A stretch of 64,000 bases of DNA from a virus: positions 133,026-197,025 of the IMG/VR virus record IMGVR_UViG_3300028392_000030. One strand, 5' to 3'. Position 1 is the stretch's first letter. The number at the start of each line of letters is the position of its first letter. Under the pieces are notes generated by a model. It had not been told where the DNA came from. It did not search any database and worked only from the letters and a program-made list of their open reading frames with translations. The translations under genes were made by a program, and so were the position numbers. Shown here piece after piece: positions 48,349-58,800 of this stretch.

Positions 48349-49739
48349 GTGCCTCCAGGATACAGGCCTTGATATGATTTAATCCAAGTATTTCCAGTCC
48401 ATTCATACTGTATTTCTGTTGTGATATTTGTGACATACTGTATATTATCTGGACTTGAGTCACTGTCAAAAGAAATCTGCCACCTTGCGCCATCATATTC
48501 CACAATGTCGTTGGCTTGGGCAACCAGGGGTTGTCCATTGACTCCGGCCCAGGCCTCAGCATATCCTTCATTGAATGTTCCGGTAGCTTCGGTAAACAAA
48601 TAGCGTTGTCCTGCCGCCGGTGCTGCTAGTCCAGCACCAGGCCCACTGCGTAGTGGATCAATAACAGACAAAACTGGTTCCAATGTATTGTTAGGAGTTG
48701 ATCCTGCGTCTACTGTAAACAACAAAAATCTGTCATCAGTAGGATCATAACTGACATAACCTACAACTTCGGTTCCGTCATCTTGTTCTAATTTAATGTA
48801 GCTGATGCCGTCTCTCAACACCCCGTATGCTCCAACAACATTGTGCCACAGCAAATTACTTTCTGGACTACTGGCTGGATTCAAACTGGCATTGGATTGG
48901 TCAATCACTTGTTGTTCACGCAAGGCCTGTAATCTACCAACTGTTCCCGGACTTCCGCCAATTAACAATGCTTGATATCCGTATGGTGTAATTACTTGGC
49001 GTGTGCCCAACAACAGATCATTGTCAAGGATAGCATTGCTGGCATCACCGTTGGCATCAAACACACTCATGACAATGCGCTCAACCACGCCCAGTTTCTT
49101 GACCTTGGCCGGACTTGACAGCCAAATTGGTATACTAAAGGTAAGAGTGGCAATGTCTATAGGGTTTTCAGTTCCAACCGGAATAGTTCGATTACTCCAT
49201 TTGGTTGATTCAAGATTACAAACAGTAAGACTGGTCCAGTCAATAAAATTATCAGTGCTTTGTATTTCCAAGCTGGGATTGAACAGCACTAGGATTTGTT
49301 CCAAGATCTGCATCTTTTGATTGGTATTTGATGTCCATATATCTAGGGCAATGGTCAACTTGTATGGTACCGGCATCAACCGCTCAATAGTAAATGCATT
49401 GCCTTGTGTGGCTTCGTATGTGTCAGTGGCTTCATCATAAGCACGTTGTCGAACCTGCATGTTGCTTACAAAATTGGGTTCCTGGATCCTTGGACGATCG
49501 TAGTCTAATCCAGTTACATAAAACGTCATCAACGGTGTTGACGGCATATCGTTGGCTGAGTTTTGTTGTATGATAGTTTGTGCTTGGCGGCTTGCATCAC
49601 CATAACGAACTGGCACACGAACTAAGGTATCGTTTTTGCCAGACTCGTTACGACCGTACTCAACACTGAAGTTGCTGAAGATTCTAGCAAACTGTAGTAA
49701 GAAGCGACGTATTTGTTGATCGTAAAAAAACTGTGCCAT
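48330..49739 (-). CDS. Tail terminator/sheath stabiliser, gp15-like, with C-terminal extension
   Basis: FFYDQQIRRFLLQF..IFS, VPVRYG, MPVPY.L...LDIW..N..QK.QILEQILVLFNP. Confidence 0.8.
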   Translation of the reverse strand: MAQFFYDQQIRRFLLQFARIFSNFSVEYGRNESGKNDTLVRVPVRYGDASRQAQTIIQQNSANDMPSTPLMTFYVTGLDYDRPRIQEPNFVSNMQVRQRAYDEATDTYEATQGNAFTIERLMPVPYKLTIALDIWTSNTNQKMQILEQILVLFNPSLEIQSTDNFIDWTSLTVCNLESTKWSNRTIPVGTENPIDIATLTFSIPIWLSSPAKVKKLGVVERIVMSVFDANGDASNAILDNDLLLGTRQVITPYGYQALLIGGSPGTVGRLQALREQQVIDQSNASLNPASSPESNLLWHNVVGAYGVLRDGISYIKLEQDDGTEVVGYVSYDPTDDRFLLFTVDAGSTPNNTLEPVLSVIDPLRSGPGAGLAAPAAGQRYLFTEATGTFNEGYAEAWAGVNGQPLVAQANDIVEYDGARWQISFDSDSSPDNIQYVTNITTEIQYEWTGNTWIKSYQGLYPGGTWSLVL

Positions 49740-51089
49740 TTATCGTCCTGGAGGTCTTGGGTTGGGCGGTAAGTTGCCGCCTTGGTCACCGTTATCAGCT
49801 TGTGGTTTAAGTATTTGGCTAAGACTCTGACGGCTTGGAATGTTACCCAGGTCAGTGGTAGACACTGTGTAGGTATTGTTAACAAAGCTGGCACGTTGAG
49901 TCAATGCGCCTGAAGCCAAGTCAAGATCAGTACGAACATTGTCTTCAATTTTGACCCAACTTGCACCACTGAATCTAAACAAACGATTAGGAAAATAATC
50001 TAAACGCAATGCATAATCGCCTGCAACTGGATTGGGCGGAAAGCTCACACCCGGTGTAACAGGTAGTCCATTGGGTGCTTGTCCGTCACCAGTTAGATAA
50101 CCCATAGTATAGCCAAAGCTCTTGGGCGTATTACCTTCACCAGGTGATGTGCTGTCTACTGTGGGATAGGTGTCGTCGGCAGTGAGACCAGCACCAGCAG
50201 GTTGACCGTCAGCGGTTGGTAAAATATAAAACTTTGTAACGTCGTATCCACTGAGTGGAACATCGGCCTGTGCTTGCACCAGCAATGCATCGTTGATTTC
50301 CAGATCTTTGGGTCTGGTACTCATTTGGTCGCCCACTGTGGTAGGCGTGGTTACTGGTTGCCAGTAATCTGTGTCGGTGATATCAGTTCCAGGCGGCACG
50401 TTTTGTTGTGCAACATAGTAGGTACCACCGTTGTTAACAGTTTCGCCCGAAGGATAAAAATTGCCTGGATCCCAGATATTTTCCGGCATAAACGGCTGGT
50501 CGATGATTTGGCTGTATTCTTGAGCATTAACCAGCGGCGTGGCTTTGATCCGCCACAGGTGTGGTAACCAAGTTTGGCTAAATCCTTCACTGGCATAGTT
50601 ACCATCCTGTATCACATAATATCTAGGCAAGGCATTGGGAATTGCACGATTCAGTGGATGGTAGTCTTTTAAGTTTGGCACTTCAATGACATCACCTACC
50701 ATGAGCTTGCGTCCAAACGTGTCGATCATGTTGTTGTAGTGGAATGTGATAAACAAGGTATCGTTGTTTAAGAATAGTCCAAATTGTGTTAAATCAAAAT
50801 CAACATCTTGCGTACGATAAACACCACGCATGATATACACGTCTGGGTCGTAGGCACGGTCTCGATTTTCTAACAACAGTAAATCTTCAATAAACAGCGG
50901 GTTAGTAGTGTCGTAAGTGGGCAGGGTAGCATCACCTGGATTGTTGGCCTGCTCTGGATCTACTATAGGTCCAAGATATTTGTGAACGTAGATGTCTATG
51001 CCGCCAACAGTAAACATCTCTTTGATAGTGCGATCAAAGAATCGGTAGTCAGCAGTTCTGTTTGGTCTATAGAGTGAGAGGCGTGGCAT
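49740..51089 (-). CDS. Neck/head-closure protein, gp14-like
   Basis: IEDLLLLENRDR.YD, DLTQFGLFL..D.LFITFH, GDVIE.P. Start placed 7 nt after TAAATA; adjacent to the gp15-like gene. Confidence 0.7.
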   Translation of the reverse strand: MPRLSLYRPNRTADYRFFDRTIKEMFTVGGIDIYVHKYLGPIVDPEQANNPGDATLPTYDTTNPLFIEDLLLLENRDRAYDPDVYIMRGVYRTQDVDFDLTQFGLFLNNDTLFITFHYNNMIDTFGRKLMVGDVIEVPNLKDYHPLNRAIPNALPRYYVIQDGNYASEGFSQTWLPHLWRIKATPLVNAQEYSQIIDQPFMPENIWDPGNFYPSGETVNNGGTYYVAQQNVPPGTDITDTDYWQPVTTPTTVGDQMSTRPKDLEINDALLVQAQADVPLSGYDVTKFYILPTADGQPAGAGLTADDTYPTVDSTSPGEGNTPKSFGYTMGYLTGDGQAPNGLPVTPGVSFPPNPVAGDYALRLDYFPNRLFRFSGASWVKIEDNVRTDLDLASGALTQRASFVNNTYTVSTTDLGNIPSRQSLSQILKPQADNGDQGGNLPPNPRPPGR

Positions 51090-51111
51090 AGTCATGTATT
51101 TATGGGTTCGA

Positions 51112-51140
51112 TTGACTTGTAATTCAAAAGCTCGTATAAT
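51112..51140 (+). promoter_or_regulatory. Near-consensus sigma70 promoter
   Basis: TTGACT, 17 bp, TATAAT, 7 nt, ATG 51148. Confidence 0.8.
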
Positions 51141-51147
51141 TACACGC

Positions 51148-51399
51148 ATGGACGAACTATTTCAACGCCTAGACCGTGCAGAACGAGCTATAGCCAATGT
51201 CAAAAATAAGGTAGCCCGTAAAGACCTGCTAAAAATGGTTCGTGCGGTAGATCATGCTATTACAGCCGCAGATATGGAAAGTGTAGAATGCCGCAGAACA
51301 CGCAAGGAAACATTACGGTATCAAGAGCTGGTTAAAAAGGTAAACGATTTACTTACAAACCTAGAACAGCACATAACCTTTGCTAGTTTGCTTGGTTGA
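51148..51399 (+). CDS. Hypothetical early protein (helical)
   Basis: 83 aa, MDELFQRLDRAE..., directly after a sigma70 promoter. Confidence 0.65.
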   Translation: MDELFQRLDRAERAIANVKNKVARKDLLKMVRAVDHAITAADMESVECRRTRKETLRYQELVKKVNDLLTNLEQHITFASLLG

Positions 51400-51424
51400 C
51401 AAACGGGTAATTTTCACATATAAT
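51396..51424 (+). promoter_or_regulatory. Consensus sigma70 promoter
   Basis: TTGACA, 17 bp, TATAAT, 6 nt, ATG 51431. Confidence 0.85.
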
Positions 51425-51430
51425 ACATGT

Positions 51431-52576
51431 ATGGCTAAAACAAACGAAATCAAACGACTAAACCCTAAAAGTGCAGACTCCAAATATATTGGATTTGAAC
51501 CCGAATGGCCGACGCAACCTGCCGATGAAAATCGTGTCAGTGCCTTGGCCAATGGATTCCATTGGTACAACTACCATTACGGTAAAAAAGATGCCAAGGA
51601 TATGTTGTGTCATTATTTAGAGCACAACGGTCGCACAAAAGATGCTCGAACAATGCGTGGCATTCCTGACAGTCAAATTCGACTTACACCTGCCTGGGTG
51701 TGTCGTATGACCTTGCTTGGGTTGCAATTAAAAGATTACGAGCAGGCCAGTATCAATGAGCAACTGAATGAAATGCTCCGGGCCAAACAAGAAATCCGAC
51801 GAGCACAGGCCGATGTTGATGCTGATGCCGCAGTGGCCCGGCTCACAATTCAAGATCACCTGCGTGAAAAAGTAAGTGAATGTTGTGGCGAATTAGAAGG
51901 CATGTTTGATAATTTTATTGATGCAGGTGCTAAGATGTCGGCGGACTTTAAACCACTGATGTTAATACGTGGTCTCAATATTAGTCCCAACATGATTGGT
52001 ACAGTCGCTCGAGTTTGGGAATTAAGATTGGCTGAATTTACTGAAGTGTTGGAAGGCACGGACCCTCAGTTGGTCGAAGGCTACAGTCATCTTTCAAAAC
52101 TGCAACTTCGCAACTGTGTAAAATTCTGTGAAACTGTGATCAACGACTGCAACAGTTACGTTCAACTGAAAAAAGTAGAACGCAAACCGCGCAAGGCCAA
52201 GCCGGTTAGTCCTGAAAAGAAAGCGTCCAAGTTCAAGATTCAGGCAGAATTTGCAGAGCTCAAACTCAAGAGTTTGCCAGCGGCACAACTGGTTGACAAG
52301 AGTGAAGCCTGGGTTTATGACACCAAAAAGCGCAAACTGATTCACATTGTAGCAGACGAATATGCCAAGGTGTTTACCGTCAAGAATAACAGTGTAATTG
52401 GGTTTAGCAAGATAGAAACAGTGCAAAAGACCCTGCGTAAACCGGCCGAAACTGTTAAACTTGTAACAGCCGCAGGCAAACCGGCTGCTCGCAAGATTTT
52501 CAAAGAGCTCACAACAACAGAAACAGCCTGGAACGCTAGAGGAACCGAAAACTTGGTAATACTGCGGGCCTGGTAA
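51431..52576 (+). CDS. Hypothetical early protein
   Basis: 381 aa, basic C-terminal half; no recognised family. Confidence 0.7.
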   Translation: MAKTNEIKRLNPKSADSKYIGFEPEWPTQPADENRVSALANGFHWYNYHYGKKDAKDMLCHYLEHNGRTKDARTMRGIPDSQIRLTPAWVCRMTLLGLQLKDYEQASINEQLNEMLRAKQEIRRAQADVDADAAVARLTIQDHLREKVSECCGELEGMFDNFIDAGAKMSADFKPLMLIRGLNISPNMIGTVARVWELRLAEFTEVLEGTDPQLVEGYSHLSKLQLRNCVKFCETVINDCNSYVQLKKVERKPRKAKPVSPEKKASKFKIQAEFAELKLKSLPAAQLVDKSEAWVYDTKKRKLIHIVADEYAKVFTVKNNSVIGFSKIETVQKTLRKPAETVKLVTAAGKPAARKIFKELTTTETAWNARGTENLVILRAW

Positions 52577-52609
52577 AACTACTAAATACAGGGAACGGAG
52601 CTTCCCTAC

Positions 52610-53380
52610 ATGGCCTTAGAAAACCAAGCAAGTCTAGACACCCTAAAACAGAATCTTTTTGATTATGTTCGCCTACAGATAGGCGATCAGATCGTTGATC
52701 TCGAGTTGGATGCTGAGCACTATGAAGCTGCATACCAACGTACCATTGGTGTATACCGTCAACGAGCACAAAATGCCTATGAAGAAAGTTACAGCTTTTT
52801 AGAGCTAGTGACCAATGTCAATATCTATGATATGCCACAGGAAGTTATTACTGTGCGTCAAATCTTTCGTAGAACATTTGGTGATAGCACAGGTCCGTTT
52901 GCCAGTAACTTTGATCCGTTTAGTCAAGCAAGTATGAACGTTTATCTAATGAACTTCAACGTGGCAGGCGGACTTGCAACATATGATTTTTATAGCCAAT
53001 ATGTGGAACTGGCTGGACGCATGTTCGGCGCCTACATGAACTACACTTACAACCCAGTAACCAAAAAATTACAGTTGATTCGTGATCCCAAAGGCACTGG
53101 CGAAGCAGTGTTGATGTGGACTTACAATTTGAAACCAGAATTTAACCTGCTCAGTGATTTCCAAATACAACAATGGATTCGAGACTACATGGTCGCAGCC
53201 TGTAAAATGATCATTGGCGAAGCACGTGAAAAATTTGGCACTATAGCCGGACCACAAGGCGGCGGCACACTCAACGGCACTGCAATGAAAGGCGAAGCAC
53301 AAACCCAAATGGATGCCTTGATCGAAGACCTACGCAGATATGTGGATGGCAGTCAGCCCTTAACTTGGGTTATTGGATAA
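52610..53380 (+). CDS. Neck protein, gp13-like
   Basis: YVRLQIGD.IVDLELD..HY, EAREKF.TI.GPQGG.TLNG..MK.EA motif; ends WVIG. Confidence 0.8.
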   Translation: MALENQASLDTLKQNLFDYVRLQIGDQIVDLELDAEHYEAAYQRTIGVYRQRAQNAYEESYSFLELVTNVNIYDMPQEVITVRQIFRRTFGDSTGPFASNFDPFSQASMNVYLMNFNVAGGLATYDFYSQYVELAGRMFGAYMNYTYNPVTKKLQLIRDPKGTGEAVLMWTYNLKPEFNLLSDFQIQQWIRDYMVAACKMIIGEAREKFGTIAGPQGGGTLNGTAMKGEAQTQMDALIEDLRRYVDGSQPLTWVIG

Positions 53381-53430
53381 TTGGGTAAGAATAAACTGAC
53401 GTAAATAGTAGGGTAGTGATAAATAATAGT

Positions 53431-54234
53431 ATGAAAGACATACTACTAAACGTTATTCAAACAGACGCCTCTGCTAATAAATCAGCCACACGATATCTAT
53501 ATAAAACACATCCAGATCTTTGGCAACAAGTTTTAGAAAAAACATCATTCCTACCAGACACAGCACTAGCTAAACAACGGATTTGGCACATAGTAAATGA
53601 TGTTTATGAAATACCACTTTGTCCTGTAGAAAATATTCCAGTTAAATGGTGGGAAAATAGATATCTTACCACCTCAAGTAGAACTGCAAAACAAAAGTAT
53701 AAGTGGAGCAAAGGCGATTACGCAAATGCCCATACAGAAGAAGCAAATAAACAACGGCAAGAAAGTAATAAGGAAGCAGTTAAAGATGGTCGCAAATATA
53801 GAAATCTTAAAACATATACAGACGTAGATAGAGAAAAATCTAAACAAACTTGTTTAGAAAAATACGGTGTAGATAATCCAAGTAAAGACAAAGCAGTCCA
53901 AGAAAAAATATATCAAAAAGCGGTAGCACGGGGTTGCACTCCTAGAGAAGACAGATCCTTACGCCGTTTATACTATGATGCGGTATGGAAGATCACCGAG
54001 GCCAGCTGGCAAAATCATTTTGATGCAATAAATCCTGGCCGATTAAATCGCACTTATAACGCACTGGACCATATCTACAGCATACAACAAGGATTCCGCG
54101 ATTCGATACCGCCCTACATAATTGGGCATTGGACTAATCTAAGAGTTATTAGCCTGAGTGAAAACGGTATCAAAGGTATGCGTTGCGATAAAACCAAACA
54201 AGAGCTTTTTGAAGACGTTGAGCTTGCAAAGTAA
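53431..54234 (+). CDS. Free-standing HNH-type homing endonuclease-like protein
   Basis: KSKQTCLEKYGVDNP DNA-binding repeat, plus LDHIYSI...HWTNLRVISLSENGIK HNH-like C-terminus. Confidence 0.7.
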   Translation: MKDILLNVIQTDASANKSATRYLYKTHPDLWQQVLEKTSFLPDTALAKQRIWHIVNDVYEIPLCPVENIPVKWWENRYLTTSSRTAKQKYKWSKGDYANAHTEEANKQRQESNKEAVKDGRKYRNLKTYTDVDREKSKQTCLEKYGVDNPSKDKAVQEKIYQKAVARGCTPREDRSLRRLYYDAVWKITEASWQNHFDAINPGRLNRTYNALDHIYSIQQGFRDSIPPYIIGHWTNLRVISLSENGIKGMRCDKTKQELFEDVELAK

Positions 54235-54252
54235 TTTAATTCATGCTATACT
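54224..54252 (+). promoter_or_regulatory. Sigma70-like promoter
   Basis: TTGCAA, 17 bp, TATACT, 5 nt, ATG 54258. Confidence 0.65.
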
Positions 54253-54257
54253 ACAGC

Positions 54258-54779
54258 ATGAGTTCATTAATGATTGACATCGAAGGCTTGGGCACTGGAC
54301 CAGATGCCACTATCCTGACCATTGCGGCACAGAGCTTTGACCCGTTTGGAACAGGCTATTATGCTCGTCAATACTATGCCCGAATTACTCTTGAGAGCCA
54401 AGAAAATCGCACCATTCAACAAGACACTATAGATTGGTGGGCAACTCAACACGAAGCACAGGCCGAGGCCTTTATGGAAGAAGGTCGTGTGTCGTTGGAC
54501 ACAGCACTTGACAGTTTATACAAACTGGCTTGGCAACATAAATTTATCTGGGCCAATGGTCCGACCTATGACATGAACATCTTGGAACATGCCTACAAAA
54601 GTTATGGTAAAAAATTACCTTGGCAGTTTTACAATGTTCGCGACGCTAGAACTGTATATAGTTTGTGGCCCGAGTTGCCCAAGCCGGCTACCACGCACCA
54701 TGCACTGGAAGACTGTCGCAGACAAATTGACATGTTGCAGGCCACTCTCAAACAATTAAACGTAAAGGCCTTGTCATGA
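54258..54779 (+). CDS. DEDDh 3'-5' exonuclease (Rv2179c/DUF5051-like)
   Basis: LMIDIEGLG, IWANGPTYDM.IL, RDART, HHALED. Confidence 0.8.
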   Translation: MSSLMIDIEGLGTGPDATILTIAAQSFDPFGTGYYARQYYARITLESQENRTIQQDTIDWWATQHEAQAEAFMEEGRVSLDTALDSLYKLAWQHKFIWANGPTYDMNILEHAYKSYGKKLPWQFYNVRDARTVYSLWPELPKPATTHHALEDCRRQIDMLQATLKQLNVKALS

Positions 54780-55444
54780 TTATTGGAATTTGTGGACTAA
54801 TTGGTTCTGGAAAAGACACCATTGCTGACTATTTGCAAAACATACATCAATTTCGTAGAGAAAGTTTTGCTCATGCTCTTAAAGATGCAGTAGCACAGGT
54901 ATTTGGATGGGACCGTGAGCTGTTAGAAGGACGCACCAAGGAGTCTAGAGCCTGGCGCGAACAAGTAGATCCGTGGTGGGCCTCTCGTTTGAAAATGCCC
55001 AATCTTACTCCTAGATATGTATTACAAGTTTGGGGCACTGAAGTTGCCCGTAAAAGTTTTCACGATGATATCTGGATTGCAAGTTTAGAAAATAAACTTA
55101 GAAAAACCAAAGATGATGTGGTAATTTCAGACTGCCGTTTTCCTAATGAAATTAAAAGTATCAAAAATGCCGGCGGCATTGTAATTCGTGTTGTGCGCGG
55201 CCCAGAACCCAAGTGGTATGCCGCAGCAGAAAGCGCCAATCGAGGACCCAAAGGCAATATGACTTGGGCACTGAGCTGTCGCGAGTTAGAACGAGCCCGA
55301 GTTCATGCCAGTGAAACTGCTTGGATTGGTACTAAATTCAATGCAGTAATTGACAACAATACCGACGGCTTAGATAATCTCTACAGTCAGATCAAAGATC
55401 TGGTTCTAGCTCACCAGGTGTCCAAGGACGATCCATCCGTTTGA
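54776..55444 (+). CDS. Deoxynucleoside monophosphate kinase, T4 gp1-like
   Basis: IIGICGLIGSGKDT, FAHALKD, PRYVLQVWGTE, ISDCRFPNE, HASE. Confidence 0.9.
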   Translation: MIIGICGLIGSGKDTIADYLQNIHQFRRESFAHALKDAVAQVFGWDRELLEGRTKESRAWREQVDPWWASRLKMPNLTPRYVLQVWGTEVARKSFHDDIWIASLENKLRKTKDDVVISDCRFPNEIKSIKNAGGIVIRVVRGPEPKWYAAAESANRGPKGNMTWALSCRELERARVHASETAWIGTKFNAVIDNNTDGLDNLYSQIKDLVLAHQVSKDDPSV

Positions 55445-55739
55445 TTTCTTCTACGCAATTTAAACATATGGTTTTTAAATTGCGAAGCCCGGTGTTATGT
55501 TGATTGCCATCTACATGATACACCAGCAGTTGACTAGCATACCGTGATCTAAAACCACAACGATCACAAGCAGGTTTTTTCTTGTAACCTGCTGTCTTCC
55601 ACCTAGGCTCTGGTGGTTTAATACTACGATTTTTAGCAATGCATTGTCCACACCGATTTCGGTAGTGTGCAATTTCGTCACGGTAGTAATTAATGGCGCA
55701 AGGCCGTTGGCGGCATGCAGGACAAACAGGTCTAATCAT
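55392..55739 (-). CDS. Small zinc-binding HNH endonuclease
   Basis: Two CxxC pairs, then CDRCGF...VYHVDGNQHN...NLKTICLNC; TAAATA 4 nt before ATG. Confidence 0.75.
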   Translation of the reverse strand: MIRPVCPACRQRPCAINYYRDEIAHYRNRCGQCIAKNRSIKPPEPRWKTAGYKKKPACDRCGFRSRYASQLLVYHVDGNQHNTGLRNLKTICLNCVEEIKRMDRPWTPGELEPDL

Positions 55740-55836
55740 GGTATATTTACCATAAAACCTTTGCCAAAGGTCACTATTCCTTCTTCTTTTTGCCTTTTGA
55801 TATAAATATTAACAACTAGAAAAAAGGATTTTCACT

Positions 55837-58800
55837 ATGGCACTCACATCACCAGGCGTTGAAGTTACAGTTGTTGACCAAAGTCAATATATTCCGGCCG
55901 CTGTCAACTCGGTTCCTTATATTTTACTTGCCACTGCACAGAACAAAGTTTCTGGCACAGGCGTAGGTGTTGCTGCAGGCACCCTAAAAGCTAATGCTAA
56001 CAGAGTGTATTTGATTACTAGCCAACGTGATTTGTCTGCAACATACGGTGTTCCTTTCTTTTATAAAACCACAGCTGGCACTCCAATCAACGGATACGAG
56101 CTTAATGAATATGGACTATTGGCTGCTTACAGCGCATTGGGTATTACAAATCGTGCATACATCCAACGTGTTGATGTCGACTTGTCGGCATTGACAGCCA
56201 GTCTAGTCCGCCCAACTGGTACTCCTCCTAATGGAACTTATTGGTTAGATACAACCAACAGTCTGTGGGGAATATCTCAATGGAATCAAACTACTACAGC
56301 ATTTACTAACCAAATTCCAACGGTGATTGTTGACAGCACACAGCTGGTTGCTAATACAACTCAGCCTTTACAAAGTATCGGATCAATCGGCGACTATGCT
56401 ATTACAGCAATCAACATCAATACTCCTGGATACTACAAGCGTGGCGGCCCTACAAGCAGCCAAACTTCTTCGACAGTATTATCTGATGCTTATAATACCT
56501 GGCAGCCAGTAGGAAGTGATGACTGGAAAACAGCTTGGCCCACAGTGCAAGGAACCAATTCAGTAACCACACTGACTGCCAATAACATTGTTTATATCAA
56601 CGCCACTTCTGTTGCAGTTCCAGCCAGCCCCAACAACACACTTGAAGGGCTCAGCAACGCTATCAACAGTGCCGGCGTCACTGGTGTTTATTCTGCATTT
56701 GTTGACAGCAAGTTACAAATTTATGCTGACAGCACCTCACTTGGTGCTCATCCTTCTGTAGGCAATGCCACAGGAAACGGAACAGTGGCCACATTGACAT
56801 TTGCCACTTTGTCACAGGCACCATATGCAGTTGGGTCGTCGATTGTGGTTGCCAACGTCGTTCCTAGCGGTTACAACGGAACATATACAGTAACAGCTTG
56901 CGGCAACTCTACAGTGTCATTTGCCAGTACCTATGCCAATGCATACAGCAGTGGAGGAACAATTTCACAACCTGGTGTAGTCTCAGTCCTGCCCGGTGCA
57001 AGTGGAACAGCATTGAGTGATGTTGGTATTAGTGCAGGCGTGTATTACCCACCTGCATTCTTGGCCGCTCCTAACTATTCAGCACCACGTTGGAGAACTA
57101 CCGACACTCAACCAGAACCAACTGGTTCTGTGTGGCAACGTACCAACAGCGTAAACCTTGGTGCTAATTTATCACTTAAAAAATACAGCACATTGTTGGG
57201 CACTTATGTTCAACAGGCATGTAACATATATTCAAGTTTGTCTGAAGCCACTTATACATTGGATCCATCGGGTGGTGGCAAGAATATCGTGGCCGGAACC
57301 ACAGTGGCCACAACCAATCCTGAATACCTTGACCCAGCCACATTGGGACTTCAGATTTTTGAAAGATATGCTGCTGGAGCAACCGTTGTAACAGGATCTA
57401 CAGATACACCAGTGGTTACCAGTGGGGATGCATTTTATATCTCTGCAACCATTCCAGGCCAGGCCGCAATTGGAACACCGGTACTAGCAACAATAGGCGC
57501 ATCAACAGTATCTGCTTTCTTAACAGCAGTCAGTGCCGCAGTCGGCTCTTCAACATTTGCATCTTATGTAAGTGCATCTGTTAACAGTGCTGGTGCTATT
57601 GTGTTTACTCACAGTGCTGGTGGTACAATTGTTTTAACAGACGACAATGGAACTCCGCTGGCAGATGCTGGATTTGACACTGCTACTGAATTCTGTCGTG
57701 CTGGCCCAGACACCGACTTAATTTTAAGTTATTGGGTGACTGCACCAACATTTACTTACACAGCCAGCACTACAGGACCAGACCAAGATCCAGACAATGG
57801 AACTTATTGGTATTACTCGGCTACTACACAAGCTGACATCATGATCCAGAATAATGGCATGTGGATGGGTTACCAAAATGTAGGTAATGATGTTCGTGGT
57901 TACGACTTAGGGATGACCAATGCATCGGGTCCAATATTCAGCACCACAGCTCCTACAACAGAAAACAATTCATCGTCAAGTCAATTGCATTACGGCGATT
58001 TGTGGATCAACACCAGTGATTTAGAAAACTATCCAGTGATCAATCGTTGGAGTAACATAGATGGGATTGATCAGTGGGTAACAATCAACAACACAGATCA
58101 AACAACACAAAATGGTATCGTGTTTGCTGATGCTCGTTGGTCGCCAAATGGCCTGGCCAATCCTGTAACTGATGCATTGCCATCAATTACCAGTTTGTTA
58201 ACCAGTGATTACTTGGACCTAGATGCTCCAGATCCTACGCTATATCCACAAGGAACATTATTGTGGAACACACGTAGAAGCGGATTTAATGTAAAAGAAT
58301 TCCAAGGTGACTATTTTAACACATCTAGTTTTTATGTTCCTATATATGACAGCACTACATCATATATGTATAACGATTTTGTCAACTACAATGGCACAAT
58401 ATATGTTTGTTTGGATACACCGCCTACAGCGAACGTTCCTCCAACCAACGCTACATATTGGTCTGCACTAGATGCAGCCAATGGTGGTATCAACACCTGG
58501 GTCACTGCCAGTGGCAACAGAAATGACGGTTCTCCATACATGGGTCGAGGAGCTCAACGTGCTATCATTGTTGCAGCCCTTAAGAGTGGTATTGATACCA
58601 GCGTTCAAGCTCGCGAGGAACAGCGTCAGTTCAACTTGATTGCTTGCCCACAGTATCCTGAGTTGATGATCAACATGGTTGAACTCAACAATGATCGTAA
58701 GAACACAGCATTTGTAATCGGTGATACTCCATTGCGTTTGGGACCAGACAGCACGTCGCTTGCCGCATGGCATAGTAACAACGACGGTGCTGGATTAACT

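Noticed and set aside
7413-54258. Longest-ORF starts in the track (7413, 21558, 25252, 29757, 30827, 43748, 51380 and others)
   Set aside because: They overlap promoters or upstream genes; downstream starts fit the SD or promoter spacing better.
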